In this document: positions 12,801 to 24,457 of the stretch, one piece after another
Numbering within the stretch: position 1 is the first letter of the stretch
How the letters are laid out: each line of letters starts with the position of its first letter
Origin: Guillardia theta CCMP2712
Taxonomy: Eukaryota; Protista; Cryptophyta
DNA length: 48,583 bases
Assembly (NCBI RefSeq): GCF_000315625.1
Contig: NW_005434544.1
Span: 1 to 48,583, forward strand
Direction of reading: 5' to 3'
Program-made: the position numbers and the translations under genes
Notes under the pieces: model-generated
Database searches by the model: none
Told to the model about the DNA's origin: nothing
What the model saw: only the letters and a program-made list of their open reading frames with translations

Positions 12801-14486
12801 CGTCGAGGTGAGAAAATCCACCCCATGTTGTCAACGGCTTGTCAAGTCGGATTGACAGGGGAAGGCTCTCATGATTGACTGCCGCGACCTTTCCGCTAAG
12901 AACGTCGAAATCCCCAAAGGAGTCGCAGGTGAAAATTCCCCACTCTCCCAGCACATCTCCTTCTGCTCCTTCCCCTCTCCCTCCCCCGCATCCTCGTCTT
13001 CATCCATACAGCTCTTACAGCAACTCTACTGCTCTGACTCATTTCCTCCCCGGCCTCTACTCTTCTCTCATCACGATCTGTGCAGTTGTCATCGTGAACT
13101 CGAACGCCAAGCACGAACTTGCTGGGTTGGACTCGGAGTACAATGCACGTAGAGAACAGGTGGCCTTGCCTCCCCCCTTCCGTCTTCACTCTCCTTTTTC
13201 CGATTCCTCCTCTCCTTGCCTCTCTCACTCGTATCTTGATCTCTCTCGCTCCTTCTCTCCTCGTCACATGCTCGTCCTTGTCCTTGTTTGACATCCTACG
13301 GCAGTGCGAACAAGCTGCTCGTCATTTCGGCGTCTCTTATCTCAGGGAAGTAACCCCAGAACAACTGGAGCGAGACTCTAAGGTACCCAACTACCCCGAC
13401 ACTTGCTGCCTTCCTTCTCAACTTCTCAATCCGTCCTCCTTCCACGCTCCGCCTCTTATCTTGATCCCTCCCCCTCCCCCTCCTTCTGCAATCCTCCTCC
13501 CCTTACCCCTTCACTTTATCTTCTCTTGTCGTTTCCCTGAGTTTCCTTGCTCTCATCGGCACTTTTGACTTCCTTCCCTCCCCTACCCGCTCACCTTCTT
13601 CTGCTCATGACGACGGCGCTGAAGGAGCTGGACCCTGTCGTCCTCAAACGAGCTCGCCACGTCGTCTTGGAGAACGATCGCGTCTCCAAGACCGTAGAGG
13701 CTCTCAAGGTGACGTCACCTCAGCTCTCCCAGCTGGCCCTCACCTCCCAGCAGCAAGGCGACCTGAAGACCGTCGGCAAGCTCATGCTTGCATCACATAT
13801 GTCCCTCAAGAATGACTTCGAAGTCTCGGTCAGCTCCTCCTCCTCTTCCTCCTCCCTGATCCTCCTCCTCGTCCCTTCTTCTCTCCGCAACCCCTCTCTC
13901 TCCCGTCTGCTCCTGCTCTCCCTCCCGCCTCTCTCCCTACAATCATACCAATCGTCTTCCTCTGACCCCCTCCAACAAAGCTCTCCTTCAAGTCATCCTC
14001 CTCTTCCTCCTTTCCAATCTCCTCCTGCTCCTCATGACCTTGATGAACCCGCAGACCCCTGAGATCGACGCGCTGGTCGACATCATCGGGGCCGTGGTAG
14101 GGGAGGAGGGCGGCGTCCGCATCACAGGCGGAGGCTTCGGAGGCTCCGTCGTCTGCCTCACTCCCGAAAGCAAGGTCAGTTGCTCAAGGTCCAGCTCGCT
14201 CCCGCCACCGACCCTGACGCTGTGCTGGGGTGCAGGTGGAAGAAATCCGCAAGGCGGTGGAGGAGAACTACCCCAAGAGAGCTGGGGGCAGGCAGGTAGG
14301 CGTCCCGCCTCTGCGTCCTCCACTGCTCAATGCGCTCCCTCCGAGCTTTGCACTTTCTCACGGGTCGATCGCGTTGCTCCCTTGTTGTCGTCTCTCCTCC
14401 TCCTCCTCCTCCTCCTCCTCACCCGTGGCTGCCAGGCGACCTTCTACGTCTGTCACGCCTCTGCTGGAGCTCACATCCTCGAGTAA
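9602..14486 (+). CDS. galK: Galactokinase (GHMP kinase) with N-terminal signal peptide; 18 exons
   Basis: Signature motifs across splice junctions: APGRVNL|[21 protein letters not shown]|[30 protein letters not shown]|[16 protein letters not shown]; ends [16 protein letters not shown]. Leader MRA|[31 protein letters not shown] from ATG at 9602. The N-gap 11691-12665 appears intronic (AAE|HWVGCKCG joins in frame). Confidence 0.95.
10039..10110. repeat. Tandem duplication, period ~39 bp, in galK intron 1
   Basis: tagatgatgacgatcaggatcagaatgtag occurs twice. Confidence 0.8.
11691..12665. other. Assembly gap (others at 20911-21321, 30971-31070, 32420-32519)
   Basis: N runs, each abutting a simple repeat. 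Confidence 0.99.
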
Positions 14487-14679
14487 AAGGGATATGAGCC
14501 GAACTTCGATGAGCTGGCGAATAAATGAACAGGGGGAGAGGAAGGGGATGATGAAAGCGATTGAGAGTGACGATGAGGAGGGGCGTGGTGGGCATGATGG
14601 GGGTAGGAGGATGGAAGGAAATGATAGCGAGAGGAGCACCATATTATTGAATCGCCGGTATTGGCATGAGACCAAAAAT

Positions 14680-16201
14680 GTTGTACTTCTCGTTCGCAAT
14701 CAGTCATTACACCAGTCAAGCTTCTCACACCCTCCGGAAGGCAACCTGACACGTTCGTCACGATGGCGACTAGCAGAACACAGAGAGCAGGCGATACAAT
14801 AGCAACGATGAGAGCTGCGAGCGCCATTGCGAAGAGAAGGCCTGCGGTAAGACCGAGGAGGAAGGAACGCATACCAGACGGAGCTGACGAGAACAAGTCA
14901 CAGAAATCATTAGGATCTTGAGAACCAGAGCACATGGGAGAGGGGGAGGACTCCTCCCCCCTTCCTTCCTCTCCCCTACCTCTCCATCCTCCCTCTTCTC
15001 TCTCCTCTCCTTCTCTATCACTACCGCAGCAATCCTCCCTCTTCTCTCTCCTCTCCTTCTCTATCACTACCGCAGCAATCCTCCCTCTTCTCTCTCCTCT
15101 CCTGCTCTATCACTACCGCAGCTCCTGCGCCTCCAACTCTTACGCAGGGCATTAACTCAGCTGGACAAGGGGAGAAGAAGACATCCCACGAGAGCAAGGA
15201 GGAAAGAAGACCGTAGTGGATGGGAGAGAGGGAGAAGCGGGCGAGAAATTACCTGCAGTTTCAACAGCGGCTTTCTCCAAATCAACAGACGGCTGCTTCA
15301 GTACACCTTTCAACTGCCCGGAGCTAGAACGCCTCTCCAACTTCCTGTCCTCTACATTGGGCTGAAAAAGGGATGACGGAGATGATCCGCCCTGGCCAGG
15401 GGCGAAGATTCTTTCCTCCTCCTTGTTTTCAGACTTCTTGATTGTCCCTCCTCCAACCCCCGCAGCGGGCGGCGCTGCGGCCAGCACGACTCTTGGCTTC
15501 TGATGTCCCTCCCGCAGGTTCCCTCCCACCGTCTCAGACACCGACTCAATCTTCTCTGCCGGCGACACGCCATCGCTCATCCTCCTCGTCTCTGAAGTCC
15601 TCCTCTTCTTCTCCTCTTCCTTGGGAGCCTTTGGCAGTTGGGTATCGACTTGCTCGGGAGACAACGATTCCATCTTCCCTTCCTTGATTCCTTCCGCTGC
15701 AGCATCAGCAGCGGCCCCTGCCCCAGAAACCGTCGGGAATTCTGGCGCGAGGACAGCAGGAGGCTCTTCGGCTGACTTGCCCTCGGAGGCTGTGTGCTCG
15801 GATAGCGGAGATCGAGTAGATTCTTCGGTGACAGTCTTGGCTTCAGCAGAGGAGGAGGAGACATGGTTGTCGGGCGACCGAGAGGACATAGTCGTCTTTG
15901 GCGTGTTCCCTGCCTCCTTCCCGATCTCAAAGAGCCCCTGATCCTTCGACCCATTCACATCACACGAGGCTGCCGTCCTCTTGAAAACCTTGTCGTCCCC
16001 CTGCCTCTCCTCCTCGTCGGAGTCGGACGGTTCCTCCGGATCATTGACAGGAACCGACTGACCTCGGGTGGGAGCGACATGGAACTTGTCGAAGAGGTTC
16101 GCAAGGGCACTCTTGACATGCTCCCCCACGTCGCCCTGAGGAGGAGGAGGGTCTGTCGGAGTTGCAATCCCTTCTTCCTCTTCCTCGATATCCGACGGCA
16201 T
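14680..16201 (-). CDS. Hypothetical low-complexity acidic/Ser-rich protein, possible C-terminal transmembrane segment
   Basis: Large exon (MPSDIEEEEEG...VETA, donor near 15252); downstream hydrophobic stretch SFLLGLTAGLLFAMALAALIVAIVSPALCVLLVAIV near 14760-14880. Start, splice phase to the hydrophobic exon and stop are uncertain. Confidence 0.5.
14985..15122. repeat. ~46-bp minisatellite, 3 copies
   Basis: cctccctcttctctctcctctccttctctatcactaccgcagcaat repeated. Confidence 0.85.
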
Positions 16202-17443
16202 TCTGCAGCAGCAGTTCAGAAAGCGGAGCACAAGGCAGGTTGGATGCGAACATCATGAGGATGCACATAGGGAATTTCCTGTCGTATGAATGCAAACCGC
16301 ACAGCATGGCCAAGATGACAGAGCAGAATTCATGAACAGCACAATTTTGAATGTTGGTCTGGTCGACCGATTTTGCTCGTGGTAAGCACTACATTGCAGT
16401 GAAAATCGTCCTCTCCATCTCATACATCCTGCATGCAAAGTTGTTTTTGAAAAGAACTACAACAATAAATGATGATGTTCTTGGCTCAACACTATCACAC
16501 CCTACGGATCCTGCGACCTTCCGTCAAGGTTCTTGATCATGCCAACTACTTCCTACGAAGAACTTGATGACGTTGTTTCTGCTCTGAACTTCTACTGTCT
16601 TCTGCTCCTACTCCTCCTTCCCCTCCTCTTCGCTACTCGCTGACGATCTTCTGCATACAGCTAGGCTGTATGCAAGCAGATGCATTTGTGGAAGCAGATG
16701 CATTTGTGGCGCGGGGTGAAATAAAAAGGGATCACGACGTAGAGTGATGGACGGGGACATATAGGGTAGGGATATGTTCAGTACGGGTACTTTAAAGTCA
16801 ATAAGTCCTGTTATATTGAGGGTGGGGTGTTTGACCAGAGATGACACTCAGGGGTAGGGGTAGTTCTATAAAACTCACAGTGTAGCGAGTACAAGACGGT
16901 GGGGTGATAATTGTACGGGTAAGTTAAACTGATAAAATGACTGAAATTGTTGGGTAGGGTGGTCAAAGGAACGGGTCCAATCTGAAGGGATCAGGTTTCT
17001 TGAATCGGGGAAATGATAGTCATTCTCACTACCCACCTCGGTAAAAACATGCAGACAACGGGTCAACGAAGGGGTGACAAGATATTGACTAAATATCTGT
17101 ATCAACTGTAAAGTACTACTTCACACTTATTGGTTTTATATCAGGACTTGGGGAACAAAAATGAGTTATTTTTAAAATATCGTTTTAGAGTCAGACTTGA
17201 AAAGTCGGTCCGCCTCAGAGCAAGGGGGATGCGACTCGACGTGAGCTACGATGCTGTTGGGACGATGGCGGACAGCGAAGACGAGGAGCGGCGGGGGAGG
17301 GCGAGGGGGAGAAGAGGAATGCGAGGAAGAGGAGAGAGATATGAGGAATCTGCATAAGAAGGGATGCTGAACAACACAAGCATCGACAATTCCTTCGGTG
17401 CGGAATGGTGGAGAATCATGTGAGGCTGAGTGATGCGGGGAGT

Positions 17444-20340
17444 ATGGTCTCACAGGTATTATGTCTATCAGAACCCTCCCATCCCCTCACACACTTCTCA
17501 TAGCAGCGAGATAATTCCAAAAGTCGACCCAGAACACACATCGCACTCCACGTTGCCTCGGTGCTGTGGATCGCCGCATGCTCTGACAGCATAGTGCTGC
17601 ACGCGAAGCTCGACCATGTCAGTGAGCCGATACGGTCTGTCTCGGCATCCTGGCAGTGGCAAGCGACGGTGATGTCTATAGTGAGCTAAGTTCGAATGCA
17701 CATGCTCATCCGTCCTCAGGCCTACGGTCAGACACCCTGGAAGGCAACCAGTCATCGCTCAGCTGGCCGTCATGAGATGAGCCCGTCCAGCTGGCTTGTT
17801 CAGACGGCGACCAGGCGCCTCTGGCTCCGCGGCGGGGAAGGAGAGGAGCAGGTGAGGTTGTTCTGTGGAACATAAGGGGTCTTGACGGGTCTTGTGCTTG
17901 CCCACTGGTTTCGTGGGGACGCGAATGAATGGTCAGCAGGCCAACAGCTACGACGAGGTGTCAAGCGTGGAGGTGAGAAGGAGGCTGAAAGGCCTGACAG
18001 GCTCTGGCAGATCCGCAGCAAGTTTAAGGAGAAGTATACGTTCGAGCAGCGCAAAAAGATGGCTGATGATATCTTGAGTGTGAGAGGCTTGCCCTGACCC
18101 AGTGCCTTGCTCGTCTCCTCTGACCCGCTGCTAGACGGGAAGGGGGCTGCCGGTGATCGCCGAGAAGCTCCTGGAGAGCATACCCCTCCCAGAGACACAG
18201 AAGCCAAAGTTCCTTGTTCCTCCCTCCCTTCCCCTCGAACAGTTCGTACAGGTGAGACTGTAAGTGGCTGCGGAAGGAGGGTGGGACGAGGATGGGGAGA
18301 GGGGAGATGTTGTTGTGGGAAGAGCACGAGCACGAGCACGAGGAGAAGGACGAGGACGAGGACGAGGACGAGGACAAGGAGCAGGACGAGGACGAGGACG
18401 AGGACGAGGACAAGGACAAGGACGAGCGAGGACGAGTACGAGGAGCAGGACGAGGACGAGGAGCAGGACGAGGACAAGGAGCAGGACGAGGACGAGGACG
18501 AGCGAGGACGAGGACGAGGGCAAGGACGAGGAGCAGGACGAGGAGCAGGACGAGGAGCAGGACGAGGACGAGGACGAGGAGCAGGACGAGGACGAGGACG
18601 AGCGAGGACGAGGACGAGGAGCAGGACAAGGACGAGGAGCAGGACGAGGACGAGGAGCAGGAAGAGCACGAGGACGAGGACAAGGACGAGGACGAGAACA
18701 AGCGAGGTCGTAGTGGTGTGGTGGTAGCGCAGGCTGTAGGGATGTTGGAGAAGACATCATTGACCTCAACCTCCAGATCTTGCGGAAGCGACTCCCTTGG
18801 GAGGATGGGATGGACACGACAGGAACCATCACTCTCTTCTGCGACAGCGGAAAGGAGATGGGTGATGGAGGAGGAGGAGGAGGAGGAGAGGACGAGGAGA
18901 AGCGAGATTGATGAAGTATGACAGCTGCTGGAAAGGACATGAAGGAGCTTTACGACAAGAAGAAGGACGATGACGGATTCTTGTACGTTGGAGCAGCGTC
19001 GGGCTTGCAAACCTGTAACGGCATGCAACCCTCTCTTCCAGGTACTTGATGTATGCCCATACATGGCGGCCGATCCAGAAGAAAGATGAAGTCATTGACG
19101 ACTACAGTGACTCCGAGGTGATCCTGACTGACTGACTGACTGACTGACTGACTGACTGACTGACTGACTGACTGACTGACTGACTGACTGACTGACTGAC
19201 TGACTGACTGACTGACTGACTGACTGACTGACTGACTGACTGACTGACTGACTGACTGACTGACTGACTGACTGACTGACTGGACCGTGCCTCTGTCTGT
19301 CTGTCTGTCTGTCTCTCTCTTTGTCTGACTGTTTTCATTGCGACGAGCGATGACGTGTCATAAATGGTTCTCCGCAGCTCAACAAGCTGCTTGACGACGA
19401 GGGGAACATCCTATACGATGAATACCTGGATGAGGTAAGATGTGTGCTGACTTGACGACTTGTGTTGATGCTCGTGCCTAGAGAACGGCAGACATAAGGA
19501 GGAGTCAATTCAGCCATCCTCGGCTCAAGGCGATCACCATCCAACAGCCTCTTGCAGATGCCACGCTGCTCGGACTGAGGAAGGTTGGGGGAGGGGCAGG
19601 GGGGGGGATGAAGATGTTGGAGGAGGGGACGGTCATGATGGGAGATGATGGTGATGAGATTAGATCGAAGGGAGAAACTACAATGTCAAGGTCCCAACCT
19701 CAGAGGGCCTCTGGCTTGCCCTTCACATCGGTAGAAGTCAAGATCATTTCACCAACTATCAGGTAAGTCGCTCATGAGATGGTCCTGGGAAATCAGCGAA
19801 GCTGCTGCGTTGCTATTGCGTTTCGAAATTTCGAAAGCCTTGCTACCTCCCCCAACATTTGTTTGGAAATTCTCAATCCCAGCCTGTTCCAGCCGTCCCA
19901 ATCTTTGTGACAAAACATCGCTGACTCTTTCTGTCGTTTCTCCAACCGATCTGACTTTCTGCTCCACCTCTCCTCTTCCCCTTCCCCTTCCCCTTCTTCC
20001 TGTCATGATGTCACGTTTCACTCCCTCCTCCTCCTCCTCCTCCTCCTCCTCCTCCTCCTCCTCCTTGACATACTCTTCCCGCTCCTCACCCTCCTCGTCC
20101 TCCGCCTTCTCCTCCAGGTGATGAACCGAGTTCGACAGCTCTGGCCGGAGTGTCCTCTCGTCCCCTTCGGCCGGAAGCGCATGGGCTGCATCGTCGGGCT
20201 CATCCACATCCGGGCCTGCGTCCCTTCCCACATGTGCACGAGCACGTGGAGGGACATCCCCCTCCCCTCGAGCTACTACTTCGAGATAGACCAGGTCTGG
20301 AGCAGCTGAGGATGAGGAGGAAGCGGAGGAAATAGGGAGA

Positions 20341-20375
<35 letters not shown>

Positions 20376-23300
20376 GAAGAGGGCGATCAAGAGCGGTACG
20401 GGAAGGGAAGGAAGGCAGGGAGGAGGGAGGAAGGCAGATATGGAAGAAGGGGTAGGGGGAGAGAGAGGAGGAGGTCATGCTCAGGTGCCATGGAAGGTGC
20501 TGCCGCTTCCGATCGCCATCCACCATCGCCACTCGTTCAGAATGTGGACTGTGGAGGAGTCTGCTTGCAAGCAGATCCAAGAGTTCTTGTTAAGCAGGTA
20601 TGCCACGAGGAGGGAAAGAGGAGGAAGGGAAGAGGGCAGGCAGGCAGGCAGGCAGGCAGGGAGGGAGGAAAGGGAGTGAAGGAGGGACAGGAACACGGAC
20701 AGGGAAAGCGGTAGAACAGACTGTTAACGTGTTGTGTGCGGAGGAAGGAGTAGGGGAAGGAGGGAGCCAAAGAGGGCACCATGGACCTCAACTCATCTCT
20801 TCTTGTACAGGAAAGGAAGATTGTTCGAGTATCCTCCTCTCCCAAAGCCAAACATCTTTGAGGAAGGCTTTCAGGTCATGAGGAGGAGGAGGAGGAGGAG
20901 GAGGAGGAGGNNNNNNNNNNNNNNNNNNNNNNNNNNNNNNNNNNNNNNNNNNNNNNNNNNNNNNNNNNNNNNNNNNNNNNNNNNNNNNNNNNNNNNNNNN
21001 NNNNNNNNNNNNNNNNNNNNNNNNNNNNNNNNNNNNNNNNNNNNNNNNNNNNNNNNNNNNNNNNNNNNNNNNNNNNNNNNNNNNNNNNNNNNNNNNNNNN
21101 NNNNNNNNNNNNNNNNNNNNNNNNNNNNNNNNNNNNNNNNNNNNNNNNNNNNNNNNNNNNNNNNNNNNNNNNNNNNNNNNNNNNNNNNNNNNNNNNNNNN
21201 NNNNNNNNNNNNNNNNNNNNNNNNNNNNNNNNNNNNNNNNNNNNNNNNNNNNNNNNNNNNNNNNNNNNNNNNNNNNNNNNNNNNNNNNNNNNNNNNNNNN
21301 NNNNNNNNNNNNNNNNNNNNNNTCCTGCTCCCTGCACAGTTGCGAATCAGACAACGGGGAAGATTTTCTTTCATGGAGGTTTTCCAGCACTCATCGTGCA
21401 CTCGTTCAACTTGCCCCTCAGGATTTCGGCCCGCAAATGGCACAGAGAATGTACGAGGCATGGGTCAGGTGAGCAAGACTATTGGTCAGCGTACGATGAT
21501 GCTGAATTTGCCCCCTCCTCTCCCTCACCTCTCCTCCTCTCCCTCCCCTCTCCTCCTCTCCCTCCCCTCTCCTCCTCTCCCTCCCCTCTCCTCCTCTCCC
21601 TCCCCTCTCCTCCTCTCCCTCCCCTCTCCTCCTCTCCCTCCCCTCTCCTCCTCTCCCTCCCCTCTCCTCCTCTCCCTCCCCTCTCCTCCTCTACTCCATC
21701 CCTATCCTTTCCCCCTTCACCCTCTTGCATCCCCCCCTCCCTCCCCCCTCTCCCACCTCCATGTCTTTCGTTGTGCCCCCTCGCCTCCTCTGCCTCCTCC
21801 TTCTTGCCTCGCACCCGCAAAAGAGAAACAGCACAAACCATCCGCGAAAAGCTCTACCAGGGAAGGCCAATGTCGCGCAAAGAATGGGAGGACAGGTGGG
21901 ATGATGGGGCAGGGAGGGAGAGGATTGATGCAGACAGCAGGGTGGAGGAGCAGAAGAAAAGTCTGGTCTATCACAAGTTCAAGCCAAACTCCCAGACTGT
22001 GCGAGAGAACTTCTGGTGAGATTCGGAAGAGAAGGAGAGCCAGCGAGGAGAGTCAACGAGGAAGTGGGGGGTGCGGGGTGATGGTTGGGATTGAGGAGGA
22101 GGAGGAGGATGAGGAGGAGGAGGATTGCGATGGGAGGAGGGAGCAGAAGGCTGAGGACAAGAGAGGGGTAAGAGGATGGGAGGGTGACTCGGAAGCTTCT
22201 TCTGCTGAAATATCCCGTCAGGTCCTACAGCGTCTCGGAGGAAGCAAAGATTTACCATGACCTCGATCTCCAAGTTGAGCAGGCTTTGCTGGAGGTGGGT
22301 GGAATTGCTATGTGGTGCAATCACTGTTGTACTGTGCAACGTGTACCTCTGCCCTCTGACTTTTTTTCCGAATGTGAGTGGTGATGTGTGGTTGTACATC
22401 TTACTGCTGCATTGTTGAGCAGAATGGAACCGTGCCTGAACACCTCAAGCCATGTAAGAGTTCTAACAGTGGCATAACCCCCTCAATTCTTTCTTGTGCA
22501 TACATTGTTCCCCCTCCCTCCCTCCCTCCCTCCCTCTCCTTCCTCCTTCCTCCTCAATTTTCCTCCTCTTCTATGCGTCTCATGTGACCTTTCAGACCTC
22601 TACTCTGAATCTGACGAAGACTCTAACGCGACTATCACTCCTGCTTACATGAAGGTCTCACGCCCTTCTCTCCCTGCTGCTCCTCTCACCTCTTCTTCTC
22701 CAGGAGGACATTATAGACCACCTCGGCATTCAACCGCCCGAGCAAGTGCGATGAATGACAAGGTGAAAGGGATGAAATGGTTGATTTACCGCTATCGATA
22801 CAGGTCAAGAAGTCAGTTGTAGAAGCCTTGAAGCCGCTCACGGGTAAGTGTTTTGCCTCCTCCTCCTCCTCCTCCCCCTCCTCCACGTACCCATTCTCTT
22901 CCTCATTGTCTCTTCTTGTTTTACACCTCTTCGCAGAGGAGGAGCAAAAGATCAAGCTGAGATCAATCAACGGGTCTGTCGTCTACTACAACCCGGATGT
23001 AACCACTCGCTACCCTGCCCTTCCGCCCTTCCGCCCTCACACTGCAACCAGGACGACGACGGCTCCTACCGGTTGAGGCCGACGGTTGAAGGTCCATTTG
23101 CTCTCTTACTTTCGGGCTGCTGATGTCCGAGGAAGGGAAACTGCGACAGAAGTTCTCACACAGCGAGGACGAGAATGACCCTCTGTTCGTCCCCAAGGTC
23201 ATCCCTACCTCCTCGCTGCCTTGCTCCTCGCCCTCTCCCTCCCTCGCCCCTGACTCCCTTCCTCGCTTCCTAGGTTGGAAAGCACAAAGCTGCCGAGATG

Positions 23301-24114
23301 CCAGCGGTCGCGGACTACGTGCAGGATCTTATCGGGGTACCGGACAGACTGAAGACCACGGTGCTTTTCTTCTTCCTGAAACTCTTTCCCCCTCCTTCTC
23401 CTCCTTCCTCCTCCTCTCTCCCTGCTCTCTCCCTCTCCCACCATCACCCACCACCACCTCTTGCTCCTCCTCCTGCTTCTCCCACTGCTTCGCCTTCTTA
23501 CCCTCCTTTTCCTCTACCTGCATCATTTCTTCTGCAACCGCCGCTGCCTCTCACGCAAACCTGACGACGGAGGGCAGGATGAAGTCATAATGGAGGAAGA
23601 CGACGAGGAACACCAGGTTTTCCCGCCCCCTCCTCACCTGCTGTCCAGCTGATTCTTCGCGCCTCCCAGAAAATTTTCTCCTTCAAAAAGGGCAAGAAGC
23701 GGAGGCTGCAGACTCCAGCTCAGCCGGTAGAACTCGCGCTAGAGCACGTGGCGTGCTCCGACTCCTGTCACGTGACGTGCTCCGACAGGCACCAGAGACT
23801 GCGCCTGCCGACGGCGCTGCTGGGAAGGGAGCTGGAGGGGATGAAGGGGATCGAGGAGGAGACCGTGAGTTTGACACCTGCGCCCCTTGTCTTGTGACAG
23901 ACTCTCTGCAGCCAACAAGAAAGATCCTGAGGTCAACTGAAGGTTGTCGGACGGGCCTCGGGCCTCCGGCTTGCTGATTCGGAGACATGGCACTGAAGGC
24001 GAAGAGGCTGATGCTGACCCGGGACGATCGGAGCCTGAACTTGAAAGCCATGATGCGGCAGCAGGACGGCGGCAGCGGAAGCGACTCCCTCATCCGGGCA
24101 ATGGAACTCAGTAG
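17444..24114 (+). CDS. Multi-exon fusion protein: putative signal/transit leader with LWLRGG, Atg8-like ubiquitin-fold domain, ASCH domain, long unknown C-terminus
   Basis: In-frame exons checked by length: 18011-18079, 18135-18251, 18777-18861, 18925-18982, 19042-19117, 19378-19434, 19482-19583, 19664-19762, 20118-20294, then from 20485. Atg8-like: SKFKEKYTFEQRKKMADDIL..LPVIAEK..KFLVPPSLPLEQFVQILRKRL..MKELYDKKKDDDGFLYLMY. ASCH: LKAITIQQPLADATLLGLRKIEGRNY..GLWLALHIG..MGCIVGLIHIRAC..LPLPI..RMW. Start codon and the joins beyond the gap 20911-21321 are less certain. Confidence 0.78.
18320..18705. repeat. Degenerate (GGACGA/GGAGCA)n intronic repeat
   Basis: Hexamer array inside intron 18252-18776. 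Confidence 0.9.
19124..19281. repeat. (CTGA)n tetranucleotide microsatellite
   Basis: About 40 perfect units inside intron 19118-19377. Confidence 0.95.
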
Positions 24115-24199
24115 TCTCAAGGGACTGAGAGGCTCAGGCTTGACTTGGGCTCCTCTGACTAGTAATTTGAATAATCAAACGAGGATGTATATTCAAGTT

Positions 24200-24450
24200 C
24201 ACGAGTATCGGGCCCGTCCGTCTTTGGCAGTCCTGCCGCTGCTCCCGACGGTGGACCGCAACTTGCCTGTCACTGGCGGCCGCACCGTCCGTGCGCCGCC
24301 CCCCCCGGGCGGGCCGGGCGGCCAACCGTCTGACCGTCAGTGCAGCCTGGGTTCGGACTGACTCAGTGACTCAGCGATCGGGCGACCCGACGGTCGGACG
24401 GTCCGGTCAGTGCGTCCAGTGCGTCGGGCAGGTCGTCGGGCCGGGATCTT
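24200..24450. other. Second GC-rich mosaic island with the same vocabulary, directly upstream of SEC3
   Basis: gggcgggccgggcggcc, gactgactcagtgactcagcgatcggg, cggtcggacggtccggtc. Confidence 0.55.
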
Positions 24451-24457
24451 AGAGGGG

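Noticed and set aside
11524-12954. Long ORFs crossing N-gaps (also 20734-22260, 30547-31773, 32150-33114)
   Set aside because: Artefacts of Ns and stop-free simple repeats; these regions are intronic.
17800-19064. Overlapping poly-RP, poly-LV and poly-ED ORFs on both strands
   Set aside because: Translations of the intronic GGACGA array within the Atg8-ASCH gene.
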